A DNA stretch of 63,798 nt, filler included, from Octopus bimaculoides (GCF_001194135.2; 7 parts of 5 records of this genome joined end to end with filler, not necessarily neighbours in it); one strand, 5' to 3'; positions 13,969-26,854 are shown, counted from the whole stretch's first letter. Notes: generated by a model from the letters alone, not told the origin. Numbers and translations are program-made.

Positions 13969-14940
13969 GGATTCCACCTCAAGAATGTTCCCACGCCCTG
14001 AAACCAGCCATTTCTTGGGATGATGATCCAGAAGACTAGTGCTCTGATACAACGGATGACATGGAGGACAATCTACCACAATAGAAAGAATGCGGGCCAT
14101 TCTTTCTACCTGTAGTGCTCGAAGGTATACGATCTGCGTATATATTGGAGCCCGCCCCACGACCCGCTCCACGACCCGCTATTGGATAACCGTGAGCAGT
14201 AATTGATGGACCTTATCGGCAGTATTAAATTTAAAAAATTCCAAGACCACTTCTAACAGGATATCCAGAAATTTGCACTGGATGTGAAGTCGGAAAAGCT
14301 ACACGTTTTTTCAGACAAGACTCTAGATTTTATTGCTTGAAGATTATTTAAAATGTAGGAAAAGGCCAACCCCAATACCTTTATTTCTATTAATAATCAG
14401 GCGTTTACTTTAATAAACGAGTTTAAGTTAGATGGTAGAACCAAGCCATAAAATCGCAAAAGATCCCCATTTCCTTCTTAAGACTACAAACCTGATTCCT
14501 TAGTGAAACCTTCCATTATATTGGTTAGCCTCTCTAAGTCTTTCATTGGACATATTAGCTCTGATGTAACTATGGGATCCTTGGACTCCACCCAGGTCAC
14601 GGACTCTGTCGGTTTGTTTTTGCTTCACGAACTCAACGGAAGCTTCCTGAATCTAAGAGGTGGACTGTATAGAGACGACGCTCTACTTACGGTCTCCAGA
14701 TATTCACCACCCCAACTGGAAAAACTAAGCAAATATCTTTGGGATTTTAACTTTTCTGTCACAATTGAAGTATGCAGAAAGAGAACCATGTCACATTTAG
14801 ATGTTACATTGCAGTTAGATTCGCAATTATTCCGGCACACTGAATTCAAATACTTCGAGGTTATCTTGACCTATCATCCTTTCGAAGTCGATAAACAAAG
14901 TACCTATTTCGAATTGGAACATATCGAATTGGAGTAAAGG
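13965..14940 (+). mobile_element. Penelope-like element (PLE) reverse transcriptase relic, internally deleted
   Basis: KTSALIQRMTWRT...LMDLIGSIKFKKF...VFSDKT...LKDYKPD...SKSFIGHIS|DVTMGSLDSTQVTDSVGLFLLHEL...GGLYRDDALL...HLDVTLQL. Includes the YRDD catalytic motif and MGSxDGAEVCELVGLxLL-like RT4. RT domains between IGHIS and DVTMG are missing. Confidence 0.88.
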
Positions 14941-15321
14941 TATATTTCATTTTTCTCACAGTTTGTTTCCCTAGAAAGAAATTAAATGTGGTCAGACGGT
15001 GATACCATGAAAGAGTCGAGGGCCCAAAGAAGAGAAAAATAAAGGATATATATATAAGTTAAAGTTTGCTAGTTTTTTTATGAACTTCAGATAGTCTATA
15101 TTGTAAAGTTGTTTAATTTTTCGCTTTTTAATAGGTTTGTAAGATTCTTGATGTTAACTCGGGTGTTGAAACAGATTTTGTTGTATCTCGGAAGGGTGAT
15201 TATACCAATAATAAACACACGCACTCGTTCTATTTCATTTCTTATTATTTGTCAATTGACTAGCTATTTAATAAACTATCTAATCGATTGTTTCATTAGT
15301 CATTCAGTTACTCAATCGGTT

Positions 15322-15372
15322 GTGCTCATCACAGTCCTTTCGCCGCCATCCGCGACCTCTTCATTGACATCC
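15322..15372 (-). ncRNA. Degenerate type I hammerhead ribozyme motif
   Basis: Minus strand aTGAAGA-G-GTCGC-ggatg-GCGGC-GAAA. Stem II intact; C3 mutated; stem III/cleavage triplet degraded. Confidence 0.4.
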
Positions 15373-16458
15373 TCCGCTTTCACTCCAGGTCTGTTTCAGG
15401 TCTGCTTGTCTTTCAGTTGTAGGTTCTACATTTATACAGTTTTTATTTTGTTTCGTTTTGTTTTGTTTTTTTTTGTTTGCTTTTTTTTTCATTTACGTAA
15501 ATTATCAGAGGGTCTAATCAAAGTAGTGAATATTTATAACCATATTAAAATAAAGACATAAAATTTAGGAAAACTGAACATGAAGATATAAAGAGTTATG
15601 AAAAAATATGTAAGATGTTTTTTTTTTAAATCATACATAGAATAAGTATAAAAAAATACAAATATAAGAGAAGAAAAGGAAATAAAAATCTAATAAAAGG
15701 TGAAAATGTGTGTAAATTGTAAGAAATTATTTCATTAAAGAAGCTAAAATAAAATTCATGCAATTTATTTTAGCCAAGAAGTATAAAATATCAATAAAGA
15801 AATCAAAGTCGCAAGAAGGAAGTTATGTTAGAAAATTTCGTTTATTGTTTAAATACAAAATGATTATGAATCAAAGAACGACAACTGAAGATAGTTCAAA
15901 GAAATATACTGTATTATTATTATATCATCATATAAAAGATATCTATCATTGGTAGATATAAAAAAAAGTCTGTGCGTGTGTGTGTGTGTGTGCGTGTGTG
16001 GGTGTGCGTGTGTGCGTGTGGTTTGAACAGACTTCTTTTCAAAAATTTCTAAAATTAAGATGGAATAATATCTATATATATAAAAAAAAAACAGGTTAAT
16101 TTCAAAATGATACAAATCAATAGAATGTGCTAAACAAAGTGCAAGGAAATACAATTAAGACATTTGTGTGTGTGTGTGTGTGTGTGTGAGAGAGTTCATA
16201 CATATATACATACATACACACATAAATACATACATATGCATGCGACGTTTCTCACCCTGCTGTGGGTGAATCCGGTAACTCAGATAAAACATTTTTGAAC
16301 ACACCAACATTTACGCCTCGTACATCGCAGGCAAGGCATTGAAAACCCATGAGCTCCAAATGGAGCGTTTGCGACCTATGATACTTTACAGTCTCGTCCA
16401 GTTTGGAAGCTCTTTATAGGAGCTTTCAATCCCTCCAGGATTTTCCACATTACACACA

Positions 16459-16499
<41 letters not shown>

Positions 16500-16639
16500 T
16501 TGCATTTCTTTAAAGCCTTCGCTCTAGGAAGTAAATACTCAGTATTTTTAGCCTCTCCCTGTAGCGTACCTGTTGCACTGGTTAACTCTCCCTGTGTAGA
16601 ACTGCAATATTAAAGAACTCTTCAAGCTTATTTATTTTT

Positions 16640-17220
16640 CCATATATCCCAGCGAAGAAGTAAAAATACTTCGAATTTGTTTATTTAATATTTCACTTAC
16701 CTGCCGTCAGTGAACTATTTTCTTCGAACACTGGCTCTTACCTTGTTACACAGCAAGGTAGGTTCTTCTGTAAATTAATGGAAGGTCTTAGGGTTCGTTT
16801 TCTCAGGTTTTTCTTCTTTTTATATTCAACTGCCATGGTTTCTCTTTCTTCCTTTCTTCTACTTTTCATGAAAGAGTTTGAGTTTGTTTTCGATCTTTGA
16901 AAGAACCTTTTTTTCTTTTTTTAGGTGGGACTCCTTGTTATCATTAAGTTGTTTATTTAAGCAATTTCAAATCATTATTCATAGTCTTATAAGGACTTTC
17001 TTGTCTCTAGGGAATCCTATTTTTGTGTGTATTAGTTCTTCTCTGTGGGACACGTTTAATGCACACGGCTTGCATTATTGACATAAATTATTTAAGTTTC
17101 ATGCCATTGCCTGGCACAGAGACTTTCGAATCAATTTTGTTTCGGGATTTCTTTTTGAACTGATTTCAAGTCAACTTTGTAGACGTTCGAGTCTTTCTTG
17201 TCTGGCTTACATCCTCGCCA
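16640..17220 (-). mobile_element. Probable PLE N-terminal coding relic
   Basis: RLERLQS*LEISSKRNPETKLIRKSL...CLNKQLNDNK...KIENKLKLFHEK; lysine-rich, resembling PLE N-termini. Many stops. Confidence 0.4.
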
Positions 17221-17361
17221 TTATAAGAAAAGAAAATAAGGTTTCATACTGAACATTTAGTTTATATATTTACTAGGTTGAGTCATAATTTTTCTTTCCG
17301 ATTTTCACTTATTATTTTTGGCAACTTGTATCTCTATTTTATATCATTAATTTGATACAGA

Positions 17362-17747
17362 GGAGGCGCAATGATCCAGTGGTTAGGGCAGCGGACTCGC
17401 GGCCATAGGACCGCGGTTTCGATTCCTAGACCGAGCGTTGTGAGTGTTTATTGAGCGAAAACACCTAAAAAGCTCCACGAGGCTCCGGCAGCGGGTGGTG
17501 GCGAACCCTGCTGTACTCTTTCACCACTTTCTCTCACTCTTACTTCCTGTTTCTGTTGTGCCTGTAATTCAAAGGGTCAGCCTTGTCACACTGTGTCACG
17601 CTGAATCTCCCCGAGAACTACGTTAAGGGTACACGTGTCTGTGGAGTGCTCAGCCACATGCACGTTAATTTCACGAGCAGGCTGTTCCGTTGATCGGATC
17701 AACTGGAACCCTCGACATCGTAACCGACGGAGGGCCAACAACAACAA
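17362..17747 (+). mobile_element. Full-length tRNA-derived SINE (family C) with (CAA)n tail
   Basis: A box TGATCCAGTGG, B box GGTTTCGATTCC, body ACACGTGTCTGTGGAGTGCTCAGCCAC...GATCGGATCAACTGG shared with 26855, 34490, 50335, 51812 and 60515; tail CAACAACAACAA. Confidence 0.92.
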
Positions 17748-17752
17748 TTTGG

Positions 17753-18830
17753 TACAACTTGTGGTCCAATAATTGCTGGACTGTTTATTCTTTGTTTCCA
17801 TATATAACATATAAGCATTAATTGTTTATTCTTAATTTTACAGCTTTGATAATGAGTGGTGAGAAAATTGCAGTTAGGGCTATTTTACGCTGCTTACTGA
17901 AGTAAAGACTGAGTGCGAGGGCAGAGGTAAAGGAAGTTAATGGCTAGGAAGGCCAAGGAACTGTCAACGATCATGTGGTACAAACTGGTTCAGGCGTTTC
18001 AAGGATGTGACACCAGCCTCAAAGACAAACCAAGATCAGGGAGATCTGTTAGGGAAGATGAGGCCTTGCTTGAAATTGTTGAACAGCCAAGCACAAACAT
18101 TAGTACTTTGTCGGCAGAAGTTGGTCTTTCACAAAGCACCATCAATCGACCTTGTGAACAGATGCTGTCGAGAAGTCCCTCATGAACTGACCAATGACAA
18201 GGCTCAACGACATGTGAACATTCGCAGGTAACTACAGGTAAATTCTCGAGATGTCCGTGTTTGACGTCGTTTGGAGACGGAACATAAATCTACTTTTGTA
18301 TTTCTAATAAGAGGAATCAGTGGCTTCGTTCCGGTCAGGTTTCAGAACCTTTTGTCAAACAAGGGTGGTTTGGACAGGTTATATTGTATGTTTGGTCGAA
18401 TTTGAAGGTGGTTTTGCACTTTGAGCTTTTCCCAAGTGGTCATACTGTGGACGCTAACCTTTATGTTCAATAACTGCTGCGAGCATTTGAGGCTTAAAAA
18501 GACCGTTACCTGACATAGGTCAATCGAAGATGCGAACTCGTACAGCATAACAATGCCCCAATACACACTACCAATGTAACCAGGCACAAATTTGAGGAAC
18601 TTGAGATGCTGGAAGTGGTGCCTCATCTTGTTTACAAGTCCAGACCTTGCACCATCAGATTATCACCCTTTTCCGAGCCATGGCTCAACTGCTTTCTTGA
18701 CGGAGGTTCAAGAATGTGGATGAGGTTAAAAACGAGTGCACGGAGTTTTTTTTTTACCTCTAAACCAGCGACATGGTTGGAAACAGACAATAGAATATGA
18801 TGGGATATTTTGATGAATAAACATGTTTTG
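17753..18830 (+). mobile_element. Mariner transposon with transposase pseudogene (right TIR lost)
   Basis: TA + TIR-like CAACTTGTGGTCCAATAATTGCTGGACTG; SLKDKPRSGRS, VPHELT, QHNNAPIHT, frameshifted SPDLAPSDYH. Confidence 0.92.
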
Positions 18831-19439
18831 TGTGTCTAGTAGTTTTTAATATTTGCTTACTTACGCAAAAAAAAAGAAAAAAAAAAGAAAAAGAATTTGA
18901 AAGTGTGTTTGAAAGCATCATAAACAAGATCAGGCATTTACTTTAAAAGAAATTAGAAGCAGAAAGAAAAATGATAATATTTAAGCAAACATTGACATTT
19001 ACGCTGGACTCCACAGAAAAATGATGGTTTCACAAAAGCAATAAATCTTTTATTAATGTTGCTCGCCAAAAATAAAATTCTAAACATGGATCGACTTTTT
19101 GGAAATGAAACACAAAAGCATTAAGAAACAAGTTTGTGGTGAAACATTTCATCCTAACCTGACGATTTTATCGAAGAAAGAATAAGAAGAGAAGTAACAT
19201 ATTTCTGCTTGTCAAAATGTGAAGGATTTTCAGTGCCTTCAAAGGAGTAGTTGATGAATTCTCTGGTTGATATATATGCAATATTGTGGTTCTTACTGAC
19301 GTTTATAAGAGCATATGCATGGTATTCAAAACTGAGGACGACAAACCGATCTGGTGTGGCAATATGAGGTACAGTGGACGACAAGGATCACAAATGGAGG
19401 CATAGGCAGTGACACTGACATTTTGCAACCTAGAAATGG

Positions 19440-19900
19440 CTGGCCGGGAAGATGTCTTGTAATTCTCATTTTCTATCACAGACTCTGGTTCGTGCTATAC
19501 TACTTTTCTGTTGTTTTGAAGCTACACAATCGGCTAACATCCCAATGTAGCCTGTTGCCGACGCAATCATGTCTATGCTTATACTCCTTTTGTGCTAATA
19601 TACTTAACACATTTAAAAAGTGATTGATACTTTCGTTTCCTTTCTTTCAGACACTGCGTTTGCTGTCTGACTGAGTGTTATCGATTTTTGCCTTGATCAG
19701 ATTTGTGCTAAGGTCTTGTTCCTGAGCGGCTATAATTAGCGTTTCTACCTCTCGTTTCAAGTTCCAGTCCATGAACCAGACTCAATGTTCTTTACGAGCA
19801 TGGGCTGAAAAACTCATAGGCTGAATATGACGGATTGAGCTGTAAAATCTTGTATGCATTAATTTCAGCTTATCCCCGTGAAGATGTTGTCTGGCCTTTT
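19440..19900 (-). mobile_element. R4/Dong-clade non-LTR retrotransposon C-terminal relic (CCHC finger region; endonuclease core apparently lost)
   Basis: KLMHTRF...WNLKREVETLIIAAQEQDLSTNLIKAKIDNTQSDSK...ESINH...ILAQKEYKHRHDCVGNRLHWDV...HEPESVIENENYK matches R4-clade LKxETExxIxAAQxQ and LAQxEYKxRHD motifs. Confidence 0.85.
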
Positions 19901-19982
19901 TGTTATAAGGGTATTCATTATTACTACTACTGCTGTCCAAAGCGGTAACGGTTCCATCAGCAGTACTAATAAAGAAATGTCA

Positions 19983-19993
19983 TTTATTATTAA

Positions 19994-20042
<49 letters not shown>

Positions 20043-20335
20043 GAATGAAAGAGTAGCGCATGCCATCAAAGTGACACTGGGGTACAAATACATGGTGATC
20101 TCATATCAAGATAAAAAGCACATGACCTTGCAGGTGGGGCGCAGTTAGAATTTTCTTCAGGTCGAGTAGCCCATCCCGCTCAAAAGGCCCCTGAATAAGG
20201 GTTGTTTAAAGATGATGAACGAAATACCCATGTTTCCAGAGGTGAATTATTAAAATCCCAAAGAATTCCTCTCAACACATGGCTATGATGCTCCCCCACT
20301 ACTTCTGCCGAGGAGACTAGCAAATCTATGATATT
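19983..20335 (-). mobile_element. Non-coding retroposon 3' end with (TAA)n tail (tail at 19983-20042)
   Basis: GC-richer non-coding block ending directly in a long (TAA)n run on the minus strand. Family not identified. Confidence 0.5.
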
Positions 20336-20776
20336 GAGCAAAATATTTGATATTGCAAATTTTTTACACCAAGACAAAACATGTACATGATAACACTTCT
20401 AATCACTTAAAATCAGAAGTCATGAGAGCCAGTGCCTGGTACTGCATCAGGGTATTTGATTTATTATTCAATACTTATTTTTATCACATGCTTTCACTTC
20501 ACTACCGAGCGCAGCCCTGTACGCCTTCGGTATGTGCTGTTGTTTGTTGCGGTGCTCTTATTTTCACTGTATTGAAAGTGTTTTACGTAGGATTGGTGCG
20601 GTGCCTTGTAGTGCTATTTTCTGTATGTTATATATATCTGTAAGTCCTGGTGCTTTTTTTTTATGTATTTGTCTGAATATTTTTTATCACAATAGGTGCA
20701 TAGTAATTGTATGTTTTTAGGTTCCACATTCGATTTTCATCTGTTTCCAGATCTTTTATTATTATCATTATTATTA

Positions 20777-20834
<58 letters not shown>

Positions 20835-20857
20835 CATCATCATCATTATTATTATTA

Positions 20858-21070
20858 AGGCGGTGAGCTGGCAGAATCGTTAGCACGCCGGGCAAACTGC
20901 TAAGTGGCATTTCGTCCGTCTTTATGTTCTGAGCTCAAATTCTGTCGAGGTAGACTTTGCCTTTCATCCTTTCGGGATCAATAAAATAGGTACCAGTTGA
21001 ACACTGGGAGTCGATGTAATCGACTCATCCCCGCCCCCAAAATTGCTGCCCTTGAGGCAAAATTTGAAAC
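20858..21070 (+). mobile_element. SINE family B (GGCGGTGAGCTGGCAGAATCG head; central GTCGACTTTGCCTTTCATCCTTTCGGGGTCGATAAA, resembling the Meta domain)
   Basis: Near-identical copies throughout the window. Confidence 0.92.
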
Positions 21071-21219
21071 TATCATCATCATCATCATCATTATTATTAT
21101 TATTATAATGTGAAGAAAACTCACAGCTTATTTTTGCCGGGTATGATGGAAAGTGTCAACTGTCCACAGCCAGCAGACTAAAGTGACGCTTGTTTACTGG
21201 TCATGAGGCGACAAGCTGA

Positions 21220-21345
21220 TGCAATCGTTAGGGCGTCGAACAAAATGTTAAGCGGCATTTCTTCTGGCTCTTTACGTTCTTAGTTCAAATTCCGCCGAGG
21301 CTGTTGTCTTCCGTTCAGGGTCGTTAAAATAAAGTACTACATTGC
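21220..21345 (+). mobile_element. SINE family B, partial
   Basis: GCAATCGTTAG...GTTCAAATTCCGCCGAGG. Confidence 0.75.
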
Positions 21346-21567
21346 TGGAAATAACCTCAGTTTATTCATCACCATGTCTCCTTTTAATTGTAGTTAGGTC
21401 TGGTCTGAACGGTGGCAGGACGGGGATGGATTTTATTTTTAATTTAATGCATGCTGCAAGTGAGAGGTGTAAACCGTTTCTAATAAGGAAAAGGTTTTTA
21501 CAATTATCAACGAAATGATGGAAGCTGATGTAAGCTTGTTTATATTGTAGGACTAAGTGAACTTTAC

Positions 21568-21602
<35 letters not shown>

Positions 21603-22442
21603 CCGGTAAAAATGAACAATTAAGTGATGGAACTGCGCCATTATCGAAATTAACGGGCAGAGAAACATTCAGCCAAATCTGATTGGTCATAATTTATTTG
21701 GAAACAAAACACCAAGAGAAAAATAACGCACGCATACATTCAGAGACACGCGCACAGACACATACACACGGACACATACAAATACACACACATACATGCA
21801 CAAACACACACACGCACGCACAGACACACACGCACACACACACATTCTGATACACACACATTTAGATACACCAACACACAGCCACTTACACAGATACACA
21901 AACACATTTTAATACACTTTCAATCAGGTACACAAACACATTCATATTCTCATCACATGCACACATTTAGATACACTTGTACACATGTTTATACATACTC
22001 ATACACATTCAGATGAAATAAAATCACATCCTATGACGCGTACACAAACGCAAAAAAAAAAAGACACATTTTAAAAAAGATACCTTAAAAGGGAATAAGA
22101 ATGAGTTTTCATGTGTTGCATTAAAGTGGATTAGAAATCATGGCACTTTAATCTATAGCAATTCCGTGTGTTTTCATTATGAAAAGATCTGGAGACTGTC
22201 TGGTTGTGCAAATGGCGTCGTTGTAACCGCAAATTCTTCCTACACACATACGATCTCTTTCGCTAGATATTTTACATTGTAAAGCACCATGAATTTAATT
22301 TATAGACTTTCCTGTGAAGGCTTTAGTCTATTTAAAAATTGATTTATTGGGTTTTATTGTTAGAATATAGCAGAGAAATGAAGAGAAATGAAGAAGAAAC
22401 TATCAAACTAAAGGTTATTGTATGATCCAATAGAATAGATTT

Positions 22443-22547
22443 ATGTACTGAAGAAAGAGATGTCGTTTAAAGTGACAGGAAATCATTATGTCTATTGATA
22501 TGGTTGGGTCAAGAATAGCGACTTTCTCTCGAAACACTGTTTCATGG
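22443..22547 (+). ncRNA. Degenerate type I hammerhead motif with long loop II, followed by AATAAA
   Basis: CTGAAGA at 22448; AGAGA..GTCG pairs with CGAC..TCTCT; C-GAAA at 22530-22534; ACA/TGT stem III. Position 10.1 and the cleavage triplet/stem I are mutated. Confidence 0.5.
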
Positions 22548-22989
22548 ATGTAAACTAAGAAATAAAACTAAGCAATTTGTTTTCAAACCGAACAAAATGC
22601 GATAAGTTGATTTATGAGGTGATAAACAGTTAACGAATTGCAACCAGAAAGATATCACATCGCTTCACTGAAATATAGTTTTTAATATTCTAAATAACGT
22701 TCTGAAAGGATACAAGAGAAAGATCAACAACAGCCACTGGAAATACTCAATTGAAATCTAAGTTGGTAACGTCCCTTGTGGCTTTGTGAGGTTTCCATCG
22801 GATTTTTACAAAAACTTTCCTGCAGAGATAAAGATACATCAACCAGTGAAGATAAAATACAAGATTTAAAACTGCCTTACTCTACATATTCGATGTCATA
22901 TCGGGAACTAAAAGACATTTAAATGATACGTGGTAAGGTTTAAGTATTGATCAGTTACTCAATCTATCATTAGCCACGGGGGCTAAGCT

Positions 22990-23432
22990 TGTGAGCTAGC
23001 AGAATCGTTTCTGCGCCGAGCATAATGCATAGCGGCATTTTGTCGTCTTTACGTTCTGAGTTCAAATTACGCCGAGGCAGACTTTGCCTTTCGTCCTTTC
23101 GGGCTGGTTAAAATAAATACCAGTTGAACACTGAGGTTGATGTAATCGACGTAGCCCCTCCCCCGCAAAAATTGCTGGCCTTGTATCAAAATTTGAAAGC
23201 ATTGTTACTACTATTATAAGCCGGCGAGCTAGCAGAATCGTCAGCACGCCGAGCGAAATGCTTAGCGACACGTCTTCCGTCTTTACATTCTGAGTTCAAA
23301 TTTCGCCAAGGTCGACTTTGCCTTTCATTTTTCGGGGTCGATCAAATAAGTACCAGTTGAATACTGGGGCCAATGTAATCGACTTACCACCTCTCCCAAA
23401 ACTGTTGGCATTGTGCCAAAATTTGGAATCAA
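22990..23432 (+). mobile_element. Two tandem SINE family B copies (22990-23200, 23220-23432)
   Basis: Both show the family B head and the TAAGTACCAGTTGAA...GGGGTCGATGTAATCGAC body. Confidence 0.9.
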
Positions 23433-23874
23433 TGTTAGTATACTTGAAATTTTCACAAGGGGCAAGATCGTCAGACAAAGGCATGACTGTGAGCTTAACA
23501 AGTTTAACAAGTTCGCTACGCAACAATGTGGTTTTGGGTTCGATCTCACAATGCAACATCATTTGCAACATCACAACCTGGGTTGGACGAAAGTTTTTTT
23601 TTTTTTTTTTTTTTTAGAATTTGGGATGGAAACCGTGCAAAATCTCATCGGAAGAAGCGTTCCCGGTTTCAGGTAAACTATTGTATTTGTCGGCCGGTTT
23701 AACGTCATCACGTAGCCCTTGGGGTGCCAGGTCTCTAGTTAGCATCAGAACCGCATATCTGGCCCCAGTGCTTAAGCTGCATAAAAAGCACCCAGGACCA
23801 AGTGTTGTTAAAACGAGCAACGGACTAAGTTTCCTACCCAAGATTAAATCTACTATCCAGGTAAATTGAGATAG

Positions 23875-23917
<43 letters not shown>

Positions 23918-24313
23918 GAGACACACATTATGCTCCCTTATTTCATTATTGATTTATGTGCTTTTTCACAAGTTTTATAGCATCAATGAATTGTGTGTAT
24001 ATAAATATATGTGTGTGTGTATGTGTGCGTGTATGTATGTGTGTGTGCGTGTGTGTTTGTATGTGCACGCACGTGAGTGTGTATGTATGTAAACTAGTGT
24101 GAACATGCTATCACATTTTACATTAATATTTGTGGAAAGTTAATATTTAATGCCCGATGATGTATCTCATTGACTACATTATCCAATGTATCCTTCATTT
24201 TTATAAAACCATATGGTGTTTGATTTAGATTAGGCTACTATTTATAGTATCTCAAGTAATTACAAAGAGGTGTATATATTTATGTGTGTTGTGTGTATGT
24301 TTGTGTTTGTGTT

Positions 24314-24374
<61 letters not shown>

Positions 24375-24922
24375 GTTTATGTCTGTGTGAGAGCGCACGT
24401 GTGTATGCGTGTGAGAGCGCTCTCGCGCGTGTGTGTGTGAGAGAGCGCGCGCCTGTATGTATGTACGTATATAATTCTAATATTAATATGCACATATACG
24501 TACATTTATACATGAATGCAGGTGTCGAAATTATTCACGTCGGCAGAAGGCAACTGTTCATGTTTCTTTAATGATGACTATCTCTTTGAACTTTTGCCAT
24601 AGATACAAAAGCTTAGTTAAAAAAAAAACAAAAAAACATTGTTACCTTCTTTCGATAAAAATAAAAACAAGTAACCCTTTTTTTATGGAAAATTATTGCA
24701 GTTATCAAGTGGAGAAAATTAACTGAAATTCAGCACTTGAGATCCTTACCCTATATACCACGCCTAGACAGGAGACCGGGGCCAGATATCGCAGGTCGTG
24801 GAACTATCGAAAGAAGTTTTAATTAACCTTTGATTTGAACCAAGATCTGCGTCATTTTTACAGAAGGACTAAGGAATATCCCTCTATAGACTATATAAAA
24901 AGAATGAAGAATGACTGGGATC

Positions 24923-25145
24923 TACGAGGGTTGGGGCTGAAAAGTTCCTGGTTTTTGAGTAAAAGAAAATACAGGAGGATCAGTTAATTATGGTTTTATC
25001 CAGCATGTCCCCTATTTCATTCACACACTTATTACAGCGGTCTTTCGGTTTTTCTAAGCTCTGTAAAAGAACTCGGAAGGTTGGACCTCCAACCAGGGCT
25101 TTCGCGATGCCCTTAAAGCCAGGAACTTTTGAGCATCCCCTTGTA
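24923..25145. mobile_element. Mariner-derived MITE with TA target duplication
   Basis: TA-CGAGGGTTGGGGCTGAAAAGTTCCTGG ... CCAGGAACTTTTGAGCATCCCCTTG-TA: imperfect ~27-bp TIRs, no ORF. Confidence 0.88.
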
Positions 25146-25988
25146 AAACATCTTAATTGATACTCAGTGCGAAACAATTATGATAACAGGCAATCTTCGT
25201 CAAGAAAGCAACGCTTTCCCTGCAGACTATCAGAATCACACAGCAAATAAGAGAAGAACCAGACCAATGACTTTTTCTTCCCTTGAGAAGATCGTAAATA
25301 GTATGGACCACGACCGATGCGATAACAATAAAACTGAGACATCATGCTGCTATTACACGAGCGAACAGGAACCGATTACGAATAAAGAAGTGAAGAATAT
25401 AAACAACTAAAAGAATACCTAACAACAAAATTCAAACAAAACTTCACTATCTGCATTAACAAATAATTGTTGGAGAACAATTAATACACGAAAAAAAGTA
25501 ATAATTGGAACTAGTGATTGTAACTGACAGTCCACACCTCAGACAGTTACATACCAAAACTCACTCCCACTTATCCCACTCTTGCCTCCTTTCTTTTATC
25601 TGTATTTTTTTTTCTTGCTCTTTTATTTTCTCTAAATTCCTTTGCTTGGTCCGTCATCAGTATTGTTCTTTGAAGATCTATCAACCTTCCTTAGTTAATT
25701 TATGACTTTCTACATACTGACACTCAAGTTCCAATTATTACTTTTTTTTTTTCTTTTCCACCAGACAATTGTCTGGTTGTATAAAATAATTAAAGTACCC
25801 AGACTCACAACTAACCTCATTTGATGCAACTAAATTAATATCCGATCTTGTTACTGCCACTCTCTATATTTCAGTTACATGTCAGAAGGTTCACTTCTTC
25901 TCTTATATGCATATAAGCCCCTATCTTTGGCCTTCACAAATATATATATATCATTATTTTCCAAGTGTCATTTGTATTGCTTTTTTGA

Positions 25989-26084
25989 CCTGTGTCTGAC
26001 GAGATCGTAATACTACATAATATTACATTATTTGTGTTAATGAGGTGTCGGAACCATGTATTGTTGAAACGATCGTAATGAAGG
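25989..26084 (+). ncRNA. Type I hammerhead ribozyme motif (core intact, long loop II, palindromic loop III)
   Basis: CCTGTGT-CTGACGA(25996)-G...T-GAAA(26066)-C-GATC-G-T-A(26077)-ATGAAGG-AATAAA. GUA triplet; stem I 6/7 pairs including G-U; stem II partly decayed (AATAC/GTATT). Confidence 0.65.
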
Positions 26085-26295
26085 AATAAACGTAATATTA
26101 TCGTCTCCATTCTTTAACTTACTGTATTATACTCCGCGACAAATAAATCACCCCTGGAATTTCAGGATGTATGGAAGGGTTTCTTTTAAGGAATGCTGTC
26201 CACTTCTATGCACCCTGTAAGTCAGTATTCGCAGAAGTGTTGACAGAGGAAATCACTCCGATATCGACATCCTCCGTAATCCACTGAGTGGTAAG

Positions 26296-26379
26296 ATTCC
26301 AGGGCTCAGCCCCACAGCATAGCACCTTTGGTAAGTGTCGGATTTGGAAGACGGAAAACTGGTAGAAGCCCTTCGTATG

Positions 26380-26417
<38 letters not shown>

Positions 26418-26628
26418 CACATGTGTGTGTTTGTGTGTGTGTGTTCGAGATGTGTTTGACCCAATCATCACTACCTGACAACTAGTGTTGGTTTGTTTAC
26501 ATACGCGCAACTTAGCAGTTCGGCACAAGGTGCCGATAGAATAAATACGGGGGGTCGATTCGTTCCACCAAAATTCTTCAAGGCAGTGCCCCAGCATAGC
26601 ACAGTCTAATGATTGAAACAAGTAAAAA
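26296..26628 (+). mobile_element. SINE family A (CORE-like CCTTGGGCAAGTGTCTT; internal (TG)n), diverged
   Basis: Similar to the full copies at 43858 and 55695. Confidence 0.8.
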
Positions 26629-26854
26629 ATATACGATAAATGATATATATAAGGTGTAGTCGTGGCCAAAATGCAACAACAGACTTAGAGTGTCAATCTA
26701 ACAGATAGAAATAGCAGGGAAAGCCCCCTCAAATCGAAAAAAAAACGATCTTAAAAAGGAAAAAGAATATGTGGCATAATGTAACAATGGCAAGAAGTGA
26801 CATAAAAGACAAGGTGGTCATAGGCAAAACACTTGACCTGAGCGGAACTCGAAA

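Noticed and set aside
17362-17440. tRNA gene (also 53341 and 6641)
   Set aside because: A/B boxes are present but there is no complete cloverleaf, and each continues into a repeated SINE body.
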